Positions 15,822 to 25,073 of a stretch of DNA of 38,866 bases are shown piece after piece. Numbering within the stretch: the first letter of the stretch is position 1; each line of letters opens with the position of its first letter. The DNA comes from a virus. The DNA is taken from the IMG/VR virus record IMGVR_UViG_3300011158_000001, positions 1-38,866 of that record; one strand, given 5' to 3'. Position numbers and translations under genes: made by a program. Under the pieces are notes generated by a model, which saw only the letters and a program-made list of their open reading frames with translations, was not told the origin of the DNA and did not search any database.

Positions 15822-16004
15822 TCAATCGTTGAGCCCCAGCTGTTTCATGATCGACTTTCTCAGACCTTCGCCCATTTCCTTTGAGCCATGATCTGGGAAT
15901 GTGGTTGCCTTGTCCCCCAAAGTCACCTTGAAGTGACTTCCTTTGGCGGGCTCAAAGTGAGCACCCTGAGCCTTTAACCACCGTCGAAATTCGCTATATT
16001 TCAT
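15822..16004 (-). CDS. hicA: HicA mRNA interferase toxin
   Basis: MKYSEFRRWLKAQGAHFEPAKGSHFKVTL...FPDHGSKEMGEGLRKSIMKQLGL is the canonical HicA pattern. Confidence 0.9.
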   Translation of the reverse strand: MKYSEFRRWLKAQGAHFEPAKGSHFKVTLGDKATTFPDHGSKEMGEGLRKSIMKQLGLND

Positions 16005-16037
16005 GGATCACACTCCGCTGTTTCGACGATGACTATT

Positions 16038-16077
16038 ACACAACATTTTTGTTGTGTTAGCAACAAAAATGTTGTGT
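16038..16077. promoter_or_regulatory. Nested palindromes upstream of hicA (candidate HicB operator)
   Basis: acacaacatttttgttgtgt (16038..16057) is followed by its near reverse complement caacaaaaatgttgtgt (16061..16077). Confidence 0.5.
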
Positions 16078-16111
16078 TGGAGTGATTTTATTCTATGAGG
16101 TTTCAAATTGT

Positions 16112-16906
16112 TCAGAACAAGCCCGGCGGCTCGTCCTCTGGGTTCCAGCTAAAGATCAGCACCTCAGACGCACTCGCGCTCTTACCTCCACCGCCGACCG
16201 TATATTTCAGGTCGATCTTCTCGATGTGGAAAGCGCTGAACACCTCGCGGATCGCTGGGTGATCGTTCAGGCTGATGATGGCCTTGCCCTTGAGCTGGCC
16301 TAGCACACGGGCCATTTCCTCAAACTGCTCAAAGCCAAACGGCACGCCGTAGCCTTCCGTTTCCCAGTAGGGCGGATCCATATAAAAGAACGTATGTTCC
16401 CGGTCGTACTTCTTGATGCAGTCCTGCCAGGACAGGTGCTCGATGTAGGTCTGGGACAGGCGCAGGTGCGCTGCAGAAAGGTTCTCCTCGATGCGCAGGA
16501 GGTTCAGGCCGGGCGGTGTGGTGGTGGCAGTGCCATACGTCTGGCCTTCAACCTTGGCACCAAACGCCGACTGCTGCAGGTAGTAGAAGCGGGCCGCGCG
16601 CTGGATGTCGGTCAGGGTTTGCGGATCGGTCAGCTGCAGCCACTTGAACACCTGCCGGCTGGATAGCGCCCATTTGAACTGCCGGACAAATTCCTCCAGG
16701 TGATGCTGCACGACCCGGTACAGATTCACCAAGTCGCCATTTACGTCATTGAGCACCTCGACCTCCGCCGGCACTTGCCTCAGAAAGAAGAGGGCTGCGC
16801 CGCCGGCAAAGGGCTCGACATAGCAGGAGTGCTGCGGAAACAGCGGGAAGATACGGTCAGCCAGGCGGCGCTTGCCACCCATCCAGGGAATGATTGGGGA
16901 AGTCAT
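16112..16906 (-). CDS. dam: DNA adenine methyltransferase (Dam, D12 class)
   Basis: PWMGGKRRL, EPFAGGAALFF and a DPPY motif (FFYMDPPYWE). No cognate nuclease is nearby. Confidence 0.9.
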   Translation of the reverse strand: MTSPIIPWMGGKRRLADRIFPLFPQHSCYVEPFAGGAALFFLRQVPAEVEVLNDVNGDLVNLYRVVQHHLEEFVRQFKWALSSRQVFKWLQLTDPQTLTDIQRAARFYYLQQSAFGAKVEGQTYGTATTTPPGLNLLRIEENLSAAHLRLSQTYIEHLSWQDCIKKYDREHTFFYMDPPYWETEGYGVPFGFEQFEEMARVLGQLKGKAIISLNDHPAIREVFSAFHIEKIDLKYTVGGGGKSASASEVLIFSWNPEDEPPGLF

Positions 16907-16936
16907 CGTGAAGTCCTTTTCGTGTAGTGGTTTGGT

Positions 16937-17968
16937 TTATTGCTGTAAAGCGAGTTCATAAGGTTTAAAGCGAATTACCTCATCACCGATCCACTCGTTG
17001 AGCTGGGCTAGGCGCGCCTGGACGGGTTCGAGTTCATTAGCCGCGTAGATCAGTGCCGCGTCCCGGATCGAGCCAAAGCCCCCGGCGTTTTGCGGCACTA
17101 TGCCCATCAGCTGCGGCGGAATGCGCAGGCCGGCGAGCATGTCGTCGCGGCTGATATTCTTGATCGAGCCAAAGTCATCCTTGGCCGCCACCTCGCTGAT
17201 GGGGATGAGCTGGATGCCGTCCTTTTTGCCGTTGGGCGAGTACATGAAGAGGTTGCGGAAGTTGCCCGGCCCCTTGGCCGACTTGAGCGCCTGCCGCATG
17301 GCGTCCACGTCGCCCTCGTTCTGGGCCGGGTCGGTCATGTAGAGAATGAAACCGGCGTGGCTGCCGTTGTTGTAATACTTGCGGCGGAAGAGGGTGGCTG
17401 ACTCATTCAAGAGCGCCGACTGCAGCGCAGCGATCCACTCGGGCAGGCCGTAGATCTCCTGGTTAATGTCTACCTCGCGTAGGTGGTAAATCGAGCCTGG
17501 CTCAAAGGCATGTTCCTCCCTCCAGGCCTGAACCATGTAGAACTGATCGTCCTTGCCACGGCGCATGTACTTAGCCAGAACAGGGGCGAGCGTGAGCGTG
17601 CTGCCCAGCATCGAGCGCCGGCGTTCCAGGTAGGCATTGCCAAAGGTCAGCCAATCCAGGACCAGCTGCTCGAAGGCTGCGCGGCTTAGGAGCTTATGCG
17701 GGATAAAGGTGCGGGCCAGCATGTTGCGCTTGAAGTTCAGGCCCGACTGCAGGTAAACGCTGGCCCGAACGGATTTAGCCAAGCCATCGAATGAGAGCGG
17801 CGGATCGTAGTAACGGCCGTTAAACCAGCACTCCAGGTAATCGAGCACCTCGCGGCTGTCGAGTACCGGGATGGCATCGCCAAAGGTAAAGGCTTCGATA
17901 CCGGCTGAGGAAGAGCCAGTCGCTAGCACCGTTTCTGGTGGCAGCGCTTGAGTGGTCGTGCTCATCAA
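16937..17968 (-). CDS. Q: Portal protein gpQ
   Basis: 343 aa, P2 gpQ-like in size, position and sequence. Overlaps the terminase gene end. Confidence 0.95.
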   Translation of the reverse strand: MMSTTTQALPPETVLATGSSSAGIEAFTFGDAIPVLDSREVLDYLECWFNGRYYDPPLSFDGLAKSVRASVYLQSGLNFKRNMLARTFIPHKLLSRAAFEQLVLDWLTFGNAYLERRRSMLGSTLTLAPVLAKYMRRGKDDQFYMVQAWREEHAFEPGSIYHLREVDINQEIYGLPEWIAALQSALLNESATLFRRKYYNNGSHAGFILYMTDPAQNEGDVDAMRQALKSAKGPGNFRNLFMYSPNGKKDGIQLIPISEVAAKDDFGSIKNISRDDMLAGLRIPPQLMGIVPQNAGGFGSIRDAALIYAANELEPVQARLAQLNEWIGDEVIRFKPYELALQQ

Positions 17969-19725
17969 TGAATCTCCATAAAGCCGGTATTGGCAGCGGT
18001 CTGCCCTTCGAGCGGCTCGTTGTGTAAGGCGTGAAATAAGGCCCAGGCGAGATCCGCATGGCCGGTCTCTTCATTGCGGCCGGCGGTGTAGGTGAACTGC
18101 CGGCCGCTTGCGGTGACGGTTTTGCGGATGGCCATCAGCGCGGCGGCCATGTCGGTCCAGCCAGCGTCGAATTCGAGGCGGCCGTTCTTGAGGACGTCAA
18201 AGGCCTTGAGGACCAGGCGTGTCTTGACCTCGGGCGAGTAGTTAAAGGTGGTTACGGCTGGGAAGAACTGCTTTACCAGCTGGGCCACACCGGCACCCAT
18301 GCCAGTGGTATCGATGCCGATATAGGTCACCCAATAACGCTGGGTCACCTTGCGGATAAATTCAGCCTGGGCGGCAAAGTCCATGCCCTTGAACTGGTGA
18401 CGTTCCAGGATGCGGAACTTGCCTCCCGGAACGAGCGGGGGAGCTACAACCACCAGGCCAGCGGTGTCGCCCGTTTCCGCCGGGTCGTAGCCAATCCAGA
18501 CCTGACGATCCCCTAGGGGACGGGCCGCAAAGGGTTTGTAGTCCTCGGCCCATTCGACCCAGCTGTCTACCATGCACGGCTGCAGCATAGTCAGCGGAAA
18601 GATGGAGTCGCCATCGTTGACGAACTCGCACATCAAAAGGTTCTGGAAGGCCTCGGCCGCATATTCCATGCGCAGCTCTTCCAGGTCGAACAAGTCGCAG
18701 CCGCGCGCCTCGGCATCCAGGATGGTGACGATCTGACGCCAGATCTTGTCCTCGCACAGTCGGCCTTGCTGCAGGGCATCATGCGATACGTCGATCTTGA
18801 GGTGCTGCGCGGTTGGCTTGCCCTTATTCAGCCGCTCGCCTGTCCACCACTTATAGGCTTCATGAGCGATGCTTGAGGGCGTCGAGAAGTAGGTCTTTCG
18901 CCACTTCTTGTGCAGAGCCATGCCCGAGGCGACTTTATTCAGTTCCTCGAATTTGTAGGTCCAGAAGAATTCGTCAAAGTAGAAATTGCCCGAGCGGCCC
19001 TGGGCGGTGCGGGCATTGGTGCCCAGAAAATGCAGCTCGGCATTGTTGGGCAGCACGATGGGATCGCCGGTGAGCTGTCGGCCGAGCACTTCATTGACGA
19101 ACGCCTGCATGTAGTTCTTGAACTGATGCGCCTGGGCCTTACTGGCTGACAGGAAGATCTGGTTACGGCCCGATACCAGGGCATCGATCAGGGCTTCGCG
19201 GGCAAAGTAGAACGTGGCCCCGATCTGCCGGCTCTTCAGGATCATTCGGGTTCGCTGGTTCATGGTCCGATACCAGTCCAGCTGGTAGTCGAAGCAGCCG
19301 TCCACAAAGGCCTCGGTCAGCTTCTCGATATCCTCTTCGCTAAAGTCGTTTTTCTTCGGCGGCTTCTTGGGCCCCTCGTTACGCTTAGCCAGGTTCGGAT
19401 TCAGCTCGGTCTCGGTACCGCCATCCTTGAAACGCTGGATACGTGCCTGCCGCTCCAGCTGTCGGTGCAGGAGATCAATCTCCTTGAAGTCGCCGCCGGT
19501 CTTGGCCTCTTTCAGGATCAGCTGCACCAGACGCGCCTCGAGTGCTCCGCCGATGCGCTCGACGTTATCGGCCCGGTCCCATTCGTCGCGGGTCTTCCAG
19601 CTGTGCAAGGTCTTTTCTTTCTCGCCGGTGGCCTCGGTAATCTCGGAGATCCGCCACCCCATCCAGTAGAGAAACTTGGCTTGGCGGCGTGTATCCATCG
19701 GCAGGGTAAGGGTGGCTTCGTTCAT
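17965..19725 (-). CDS. P: Terminase large subunit gpP
   Basis: 586 aa, P2 gpP-like. Divergent from the O-N-M-L operon. Confidence 0.95.
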   Translation of the reverse strand: MNEATLTLPMDTRRQAKFLYWMGWRISEITEATGEKEKTLHSWKTRDEWDRADNVERIGGALEARLVQLILKEAKTGGDFKEIDLLHRQLERQARIQRFKDGGTETELNPNLAKRNEGPKKPPKKNDFSEEDIEKLTEAFVDGCFDYQLDWYRTMNQRTRMILKSRQIGATFYFAREALIDALVSGRNQIFLSASKAQAHQFKNYMQAFVNEVLGRQLTGDPIVLPNNAELHFLGTNARTAQGRSGNFYFDEFFWTYKFEELNKVASGMALHKKWRKTYFSTPSSIAHEAYKWWTGERLNKGKPTAQHLKIDVSHDALQQGRLCEDKIWRQIVTILDAEARGCDLFDLEELRMEYAAEAFQNLLMCEFVNDGDSIFPLTMLQPCMVDSWVEWAEDYKPFAARPLGDRQVWIGYDPAETGDTAGLVVVAPPLVPGGKFRILERHQFKGMDFAAQAEFIRKVTQRYWVTYIGIDTTGMGAGVAQLVKQFFPAVTTFNYSPEVKTRLVLKAFDVLKNGRLEFDAGWTDMAAALMAIRKTVTASGRQFTYTAGRNEETGHADLAWALFHALHNEPLEGQTAANTGFMEIH

Positions 19726-19793
19726 GACAGGACTGGCTGTGTTTGATGGCCGTCAGTCTGCCGCCTCATCCCTCATCTGCTTAGCGCCGCATC

Positions 19794-19814
19794 TTGTAAA
19801 CGGCCGATCTACAA
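19794..19814. promoter_or_regulatory. Late-promoter dyad TTGTA-N11-TACAA in the P/O divergent intergenic region
   Basis: ttgtaaacggccgatctacaa. The same dyad occurs at 26897..26917 and 33661..33681. Confidence 0.5.
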
Positions 19815-19904
19815 CCCCGGCTCGTTGCTGCGCCTCTCTCACAAAACGACCATGCCCTCACTGCCACCGCACCCCGCGATCCCCCGCATTGAGGACCTCA
19901 CGGC

Positions 19905-20747
19905 ATGAGCACTAAAAAGAAATTCCGTTCCAAGCAGTTCCGTGTCGCCGTCGAAGGCGCAACCACGGACGGCCGCACCATCGAGCGCAGCTGGATTGAG
20001 CAGATGGCTGCCAATTACGACCCCAAGGTCTACGGCGCACGCATCTGGATGGAGCATTTCCGTAGCACCTTGGCTGATTCTCCCTTCCGCGCCTATGGGG
20101 ACGTCTTGGCCCTGTCGACGGGCGAAGTCGAAATCAATGGCGAGAAAAAGCTGGCCCTGTTTGCCCAGATCGAACCCACCGACGACCTGGTGAACATCGT
20201 CAATAACCTCAAGCAAAAGGTGTACACCTCCATCGAGGTCAACGAGAAGTTTGGCTCCTCCGGCCAGGCGTATCTAGTAGGTCTGGCCGTCACCGACAGC
20301 CCAGCCAGCATTGGCACCGAGATGCTTACCTTTGCGGCCCAGCATCCGGACATGAGCCCACTCAAGGCGCGCAAGCAATCCCCGGACAATCTCTTTACCG
20401 CCTGCGAAGAAACCAGCATCGAGCTGGAAGAAGTGCAGGAGAAACCCTCCATCGGAGCCGCCTTGTTCTCCCGCCTGCAGGACATGTTCAAGAGCAAGCA
20501 GGCCGAGGACAACCAGGCGTTTGCCCAGTTTGGCGAAGCTGTAGTCGAGCTGGCCGGCCACGTCCGTGACCAGGGCGAAGACCTCACCAAAGTTCAGGCT
20601 CAGCAAGGCGAATTCAGCCAGGGCCTGGAAGCACTCGAAGCGCGCCTGACCGCACTCACCGACACCCTTAGCAAGACCGCCGACCACAGCCAGCAGCAGC
20701 GCCCGCCGGCCACCGGCAGCGCTGGCCAGTTCCTCACCGCTTACTAA
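19905..20747 (+). CDS. O: Capsid scaffold protein gpO
   Basis: FRVAVEGATTDGRTIERSWIEQMAANYDPKVYGARIWMEH...YLVGLAVTDSPASIGTE tracks remembered P2 gpO. Confidence 0.9.
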   Translation: MSTKKKFRSKQFRVAVEGATTDGRTIERSWIEQMAANYDPKVYGARIWMEHFRSTLADSPFRAYGDVLALSTGEVEINGEKKLALFAQIEPTDDLVNIVNNLKQKVYTSIEVNEKFGSSGQAYLVGLAVTDSPASIGTEMLTFAAQHPDMSPLKARKQSPDNLFTACEETSIELEEVQEKPSIGAALFSRLQDMFKSKQAEDNQAFAQFGEAVVELAGHVRDQGEDLTKVQAQQGEFSQGLEALEARLTALTDTLSKTADHSQQQRPPATGSAGQFLTAY

Positions 20748-20774
20748 AACCTGCCGCACTTTCGGGAGAACCTC

Positions 20775-21785
20775 ATGCGCAACGAAACACGTGCTCTATT
20801 CAATGGCTACCTGGACCAGGTGGCCAAGCTCAATGGCATTACCTCAGCCATCGTTAAATTCAACGTCGCGCCCAGCGTGCAGCAAAAGCTGGAAACCGCC
20901 ATTCAGGAATCCAGCGCGCTGCTGCAAAAGATCAACGTCATTACCGTCACCGAGCAGGAGGGCGAATCTATCCTACTGGGAGTGAACGGTCCCATTGCCA
21001 GCCGTACCAATACGGCCGGTGGAAACCGCCGTAACCCGGCCGACCGCAGCGCGCTCAACAAGGACAGCTATAGCTGCAAGCAGACCAACTTTGACAGCGC
21101 CTTCCCCTATCCGCTGATCGATGCCTGGGCCAAGTTTCCCGACTTCCAGGTGCGCCTGTCCAAGGCCATCACGGATCGCCAGGCCCTTGACCGTCTTATG
21201 ATCGGCTTCAATGGCATCAGCGCCGCGGCAGCGACTGATATCGCCGCCAACCCGCTTCTACAGGACGTGAACAAGGGCTGGCTCCAGAAGATCCGCGAAG
21301 GCGCAGCCGACCGCGTAATGGACGAAGTGGTCGAGGGTTCGAAAAAAGTCACCATCGGCGCAACCGGCGACTACAAGAGCCTGAACGGCCTGGTCTATGA
21401 CCTGGTGCAATTGCTGGATCCGTGGCACCGCAGCCGTCCGGACTTGGTGGTCCTGGTCTCGCGCGATCTGATGCACGACAAGCTGCTTTCGGCCGTCGAG
21501 AAGGGCGCAGCGTCCAACGTGGAAGAAAACGCCGCTGACCAGATCCTGAGCAAGGCCCGCCTGGGCGGATTGCCGGTAGTCGATGCACCGTTCTTCCCTG
21601 GCAAGACTGTGTTCATCACCACGCTGGCCAACCTGTCGATCTATGTCCAGGAAGGCGGCCGCCGCCGTTACCTGAAAGACGAACCCGAGTACGACCGCAT
21701 CGCAGACTACCAGTCCTCGAATGATGCCTATGTGATTGAAGACCTAGGTCTGGTCGCGCTGGCTGAAAACATCGAGGCGGTGTAA
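20775..21785 (+). CDS. N: Major capsid protein gpN
   Basis: MRNETRALFNGYLDQVAKLNGI... and NLSIYVQEGGRRR..E parallel P2 gpN. Confidence 0.95.
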   Translation: MRNETRALFNGYLDQVAKLNGITSAIVKFNVAPSVQQKLETAIQESSALLQKINVITVTEQEGESILLGVNGPIASRTNTAGGNRRNPADRSALNKDSYSCKQTNFDSAFPYPLIDAWAKFPDFQVRLSKAITDRQALDRLMIGFNGISAAAATDIAANPLLQDVNKGWLQKIREGAADRVMDEVVEGSKKVTIGATGDYKSLNGLVYDLVQLLDPWHRSRPDLVVLVSRDLMHDKLLSAVEKGAASNVEENAADQILSKARLGGLPVVDAPFFPGKTVFITTLANLSIYVQEGGRRRYLKDEPEYDRIADYQSSNDAYVIEDLGLVALAENIEAV

Positions 21786-21788
21786 TCC

Positions 21789-22487
21789 ATGCTGACCCAC
21801 GCCCAACGCATGCAGCTGCGTAAGCGCGCAGCTAAGGAGGCCGCCGAGGCCTCACCGCATGGCTCCATGGCAGGGGCCACCCGCTATGAGCTGCAGCTGG
21901 CCAAGCTGCTCCAGGACCGCCTACGCCTAAAGCAGATCCAGTCCACCCTGGGCAAAGCCGAACTCAAGCGGCAGCTCCTGCCGGAGTACGCCGACTATGT
22001 GGCCGGCGTGCTGTCAGCCGGGCAGGGCGCTCAGGACGAGGTGCTGACCACGGTGATGATCTGGCGTATCGATGCCGGCGACTTTGCCGGTGCGCTGGAC
22101 ATCGCGGCCTATGTGCTGGGCAAGGGGCTTGTCATGCCGGATCGCTTCGCCCGCACCACCGGCTGTCTGGTCGCCGAGGAAGTTGCCACCGCTGCGCTCA
22201 ATGCACAAAAGACCGGCGACACCTTCGACCTGGACATCCTGAAGCGTACCGCTGAACTCACCGCTGAAGAGGACATGCCTGACGAGGCCAGGGCCAAGCT
22301 GTACCTGGCCATCGGCAAGGCTGAGCTGCACGGCATTGATGACGAAAGCATCGGCCAGCCTGGCCAGCTCCAAGCGGCCATCGATTCCCTGCAAAAGGCT
22401 ATCGGCCTGCATGACCGCTGCGGCGGCAAAAAGGATCTGGAGCGCGCCGAGCGCCTCCTGAAGAAACACGCCGGAACTCCCGGCTAA
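21789..22487 (+). CDS. M: Terminase small subunit gpM
   Basis: GQGAQDEVLTTVMIWRIDAGDFAGALDIAAYVL... and DMPDEARAKL parallel P2 gpM. Confidence 0.9.
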   Translation: MLTHAQRMQLRKRAAKEAAEASPHGSMAGATRYELQLAKLLQDRLRLKQIQSTLGKAELKRQLLPEYADYVAGVLSAGQGAQDEVLTTVMIWRIDAGDFAGALDIAAYVLGKGLVMPDRFARTTGCLVAEEVATAALNAQKTGDTFDLDILKRTAELTAEEDMPDEARAKLYLAIGKAELHGIDDESIGQPGQLQAAIDSLQKAIGLHDRCGGKKDLERAERLLKKHAGTPG

Positions 22488-22588
22488 ACGAGCGTCCCAC
22501 GCACCCCGCCGGCTCGGCGCGGATCGAAAAGGCCTGGCCTTGTTTCGTGAAGCGCCGACCACCGGCGATCTCTTTCTAAGGCGGCACC

Positions 22589-23050
22589 ATGAGCGGTTTT
22601 ATAGCAGTAGCCCAGGCCTCCGAACTCACCGTGATCAATGACGGCTGGTGGCCTAATATTGAGGCCAACCGGATCCGTGAAGGACACCGGATCGATTCAA
22701 GCATTACCGACACGCGTCTGCAGGTTGCGATTACCAGTGCCCTGATCTCCGCCAACCGTGACCTGGTCGCGTTCAAGGCGCGTAATACCGTGCTCGGTTA
22801 TACCTCGCTGGCTGAGGTCCCATCGGATCAACTCAACGGAGTCAGCCTCCTGCTGCAGCTCTACAACCGCGCCGTGTCGTGCCTGGCCTGCTCGGAACTC
22901 TACGAGCGTTACCGCAGCTATGACACCACCAAGGCAGGAAGCCAAAGCGCTGACGAACTCACCCCCAGCATTGACGAGTACCGCCGCGATGCCCGCTGGG
23001 CCATCCGCGACCTGCTCGGCCTGGGCCGCAGCACGGTGGAGCTTATCTGA
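22589..23050 (+). CDS. L: Head completion protein gpL
   Basis: ..LYERYRSYD..IDEYRRDARWAIRDL.. matches the P2 gpL C-terminal pattern. Confidence 0.9.
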   Translation: MSGFIAVAQASELTVINDGWWPNIEANRIREGHRIDSSITDTRLQVAITSALISANRDLVAFKARNTVLGYTSLAEVPSDQLNGVSLLLQLYNRAVSCLACSELYERYRSYDTTKAGSQSADELTPSIDEYRRDARWAIRDLLGLGRSTVELI

Positions 23051-23271
23051 TGGCCACCACTGTCCGTGCGCAGCAAAACGACACCCTCGACCGGCTCTGC
23101 TGGAGGCACTACGGCGCAACCGCCGGCGTCACCGAGCGGGTCCTGGAGGCCAATCCGGGCCTCGCCGAGCTAGGTCCCGTCTTGCCGATCGGGCACCCCG
23201 TCACCCTGCCAGACGTATCCACCACAGCCGCTGAAGCCCAAGAGGCACAGCAGGTGAACCTCTGGGATTGA
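23050..23271 (+). CDS. X: Tail protein gpX (LysM-like)
   Basis: QQNDTLDRLCWRHYGATAGVTERVLEANPGLAELGPVLPIG..V.LPDV...VNLWD closely parallels P2 gpX. Confidence 0.85.
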   Translation: MATTVRAQQNDTLDRLCWRHYGATAGVTERVLEANPGLAELGPVLPIGHPVTLPDVSTTAAEAQEAQQVNLWD

Positions 23272-23276
23272 TCACC

Positions 23277-23618
23277 ATGAATAACGAGAAGCCCACCATG
23301 CCTCCCGAGAATTTTGATATCTACGCCTGGCTGATCGCCCGGCTGCAAGCGGAGTGGAGCACGATCTATGCAGGCTTTCTGGGCTGCTCGGTTGCCGCTC
23401 TGCGCGTCCTCTACGGTGGCGGAAGCTTTCGCCAGGTCCTGCTGGAGGCCCCGCTGTGCGGAGCCATTAGCCTGGCCACCAGCTCCGGCCTGGACTTCTT
23501 TGGTATTGCCCAGAGCGCTGCGCCGTTCTTTGGCGGCGTTATCGGCCTGCTGGGTGTAGAAGGCGTCCGCCGCCTGGCTGACCGCTACCTGAGCAAAAAG
23601 GTGGAGGACGCCAGATGA
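23277..23618 (+). CDS. Putative holin
   Basis: About 113 aa with three hydrophobic segments and a charged C-terminus, immediately upstream of the endolysin. TTG 23268 is an alternative start. Confidence 0.6.
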   Translation: MNNEKPTMPPENFDIYAWLIARLQAEWSTIYAGFLGCSVAALRVLYGGGSFRQVLLEAPLCGAISLATSSGLDFFGIAQSAAPFFGGVIGLLGVEGVRRLADRYLSKKVEDAR

Positions 23619-24424
23619 CCGTCACCTTAAAGCACGGCGACAAGGGCCAGCCCGTTATCGACCTGCAGAACGCCTTGAACAAGCAGGGCGCGCAGCTGCG
23701 ACTGGACGGCATCTATGGCGACGCCACCGAACGCGCCGTAAAGGCTTACCAGCTCAAGGCTGGTCTGGTGGCTGATGGCATTGCTGGCCCCAAGACCCAG
23801 GCGCGTCTCTTGGGCATTAATGATGGCAAGCACCTGCAGCACAGCGATTTGGTCAAGGCAGCAGGTCAACTTGAGGTATCGCTGGCCAGCGTCTACGCCA
23901 TCAACGAAGTGGAAAGCCAGGGTCAGGGTTTCCTGCCTAACGGTAAGGCCAAGATCCTGTTTGAACGGCACGTCTTCCGCGAGCGCCTCGAGGCGGCTGG
24001 TCATGATATCGGCAAGCTTGAGGCTCAGTATCCCAACCTGGTCAACGCCACAGCCGGTGGCTACGCCGGCGGTACCGCTGAATGGCAGCGCCTGGCCCTG
24101 GCCCGGCAGATCGATGAGACCGCTGCGCTGGAATCCGCCTCTTGGGGCGCGTTCCAGATCATGGGCTATCACTGGCAACGCCTGGGTTATGAATCGGTGC
24201 AGGCCTTTATGGCCGCGATGAGCGAGAGCGAGGGGCAGCAGCTCGAGGCCTTTGTGCGTTTCATCCTGGCTGACACCGTCCTGCATAGCGCCTTGAAAGC
24301 ACGCAAATGGGCCAAGGTAGCCGAGCTGTACAACGGCTCGGGCTACAAGCGAAATCTTTACGACATCAAGCTGGCCCGCGCCTATGAGCGGCACGTGGCT
24401 GATGCCGCTGCGGAGGCCGCGTAA
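23615..24424 (+). CDS. Endolysin: PG_binding_1 domain plus N-acetylmuramidase-like (DUF3380-type) domain
   Basis: The N-terminal LRLDGIYGDATERAVKAYQLKAGLVADGIAGPKT is a peptidoglycan-binding repeat. The C-terminal ..SWGAFQIMGYHW..ELYNGSGY.. is the muramidase family pattern. Confidence 0.85.
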   Translation: MTVTLKHGDKGQPVIDLQNALNKQGAQLRLDGIYGDATERAVKAYQLKAGLVADGIAGPKTQARLLGINDGKHLQHSDLVKAAGQLEVSLASVYAINEVESQGQGFLPNGKAKILFERHVFRERLEAAGHDIGKLEAQYPNLVNATAGGYAGGTAEWQRLALARQIDETAALESASWGAFQIMGYHWQRLGYESVQAFMAAMSESEGQQLEAFVRFILADTVLHSALKARKWAKVAELYNGSGYKRNLYDIKLARAYERHVADAAAEAA

Positions 24425-24633
24425 TGAACCGGCTGCCGTCGCAGGAAGGCGACGTGTTTGTGTTTTCCGGATCCGCTGAGATTGAGTCTGCCAACGACCT
24501 GGGCGAGGCCTTGCACCTGGCCTTGCCGGGTGTGACTTGGCTAGCCTTTGGCGGCGATCCCGAGCAGATCGAACGGGTAGCACTCACGGCCGAGCAGTGG
24601 GAAAGCAGCTGGCTCGGATGGGCGCACGCATGA
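24424..24633 (+). CDS. Hypothetical lysis-cassette protein
   Basis: 69-aa ORF overlapping both neighbours by 1-4 nt. No motif recognised. Confidence 0.4.
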   Translation: MNRLPSQEGDVFVFSGSAEIESANDLGEALHLALPGVTWLAFGGDPEQIERVALTAEQWESSWLGWAHA

Positions 24634-25073
24634 GCACGCTCAAGCAGCTTGGCTACGGCCTAGCCCTGCTCGTTGCTGTGGCTGCGTTTCTCTGGATCCA
24701 GCACCTACGCCTGGAGACAGCCGAGGCTGCCCAGGCCAGTGCCGAGAGCCGGGCGACCCAGGCCGAGCAGGACAGCCTGAGCCGGCAACAGACCATCGAC
24801 ACTCTTACCCACACGCTGCAGGGCGAGCGAGACGCCCAGCGGCAGCTGCAAACCGTCCAGGCCGACCTGCGCCGCGAGATCGATGTACGCAAGGCCCGAC
24901 TCAAGGAACTGGAAGATGAAAACCAAGCGTTTAAAGACTGGACTGCTGGGCAGTTGCCTGACGCTGCTCGCCAGCTGCGGCAGCGTCCCGCCCTCACCGG
25001 CGCCGCAGCTTATCGTCAGTGGCTGTCCGGTAGTGACCCGCTGCACCCTGTCCCAGACCAGCCCAGCCCGTAA
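24630..25073 (+). CDS. i-spanin (Rz-like)
   Basis: ATG 24630. N-terminal TM segment (LGYGLALLVAVAAFLWI) followed by a long Q/E/R-rich coiled coil. Confidence 0.7.
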   Translation: MSTLKQLGYGLALLVAVAAFLWIQHLRLETAEAAQASAESRATQAEQDSLSRQQTIDTLTHTLQGERDAQRQLQTVQADLRREIDVRKARLKELEDENQAFKDWTAGQLPDAARQLRQRPALTGAAAYRQWLSGSDPLHPVPDQPSP

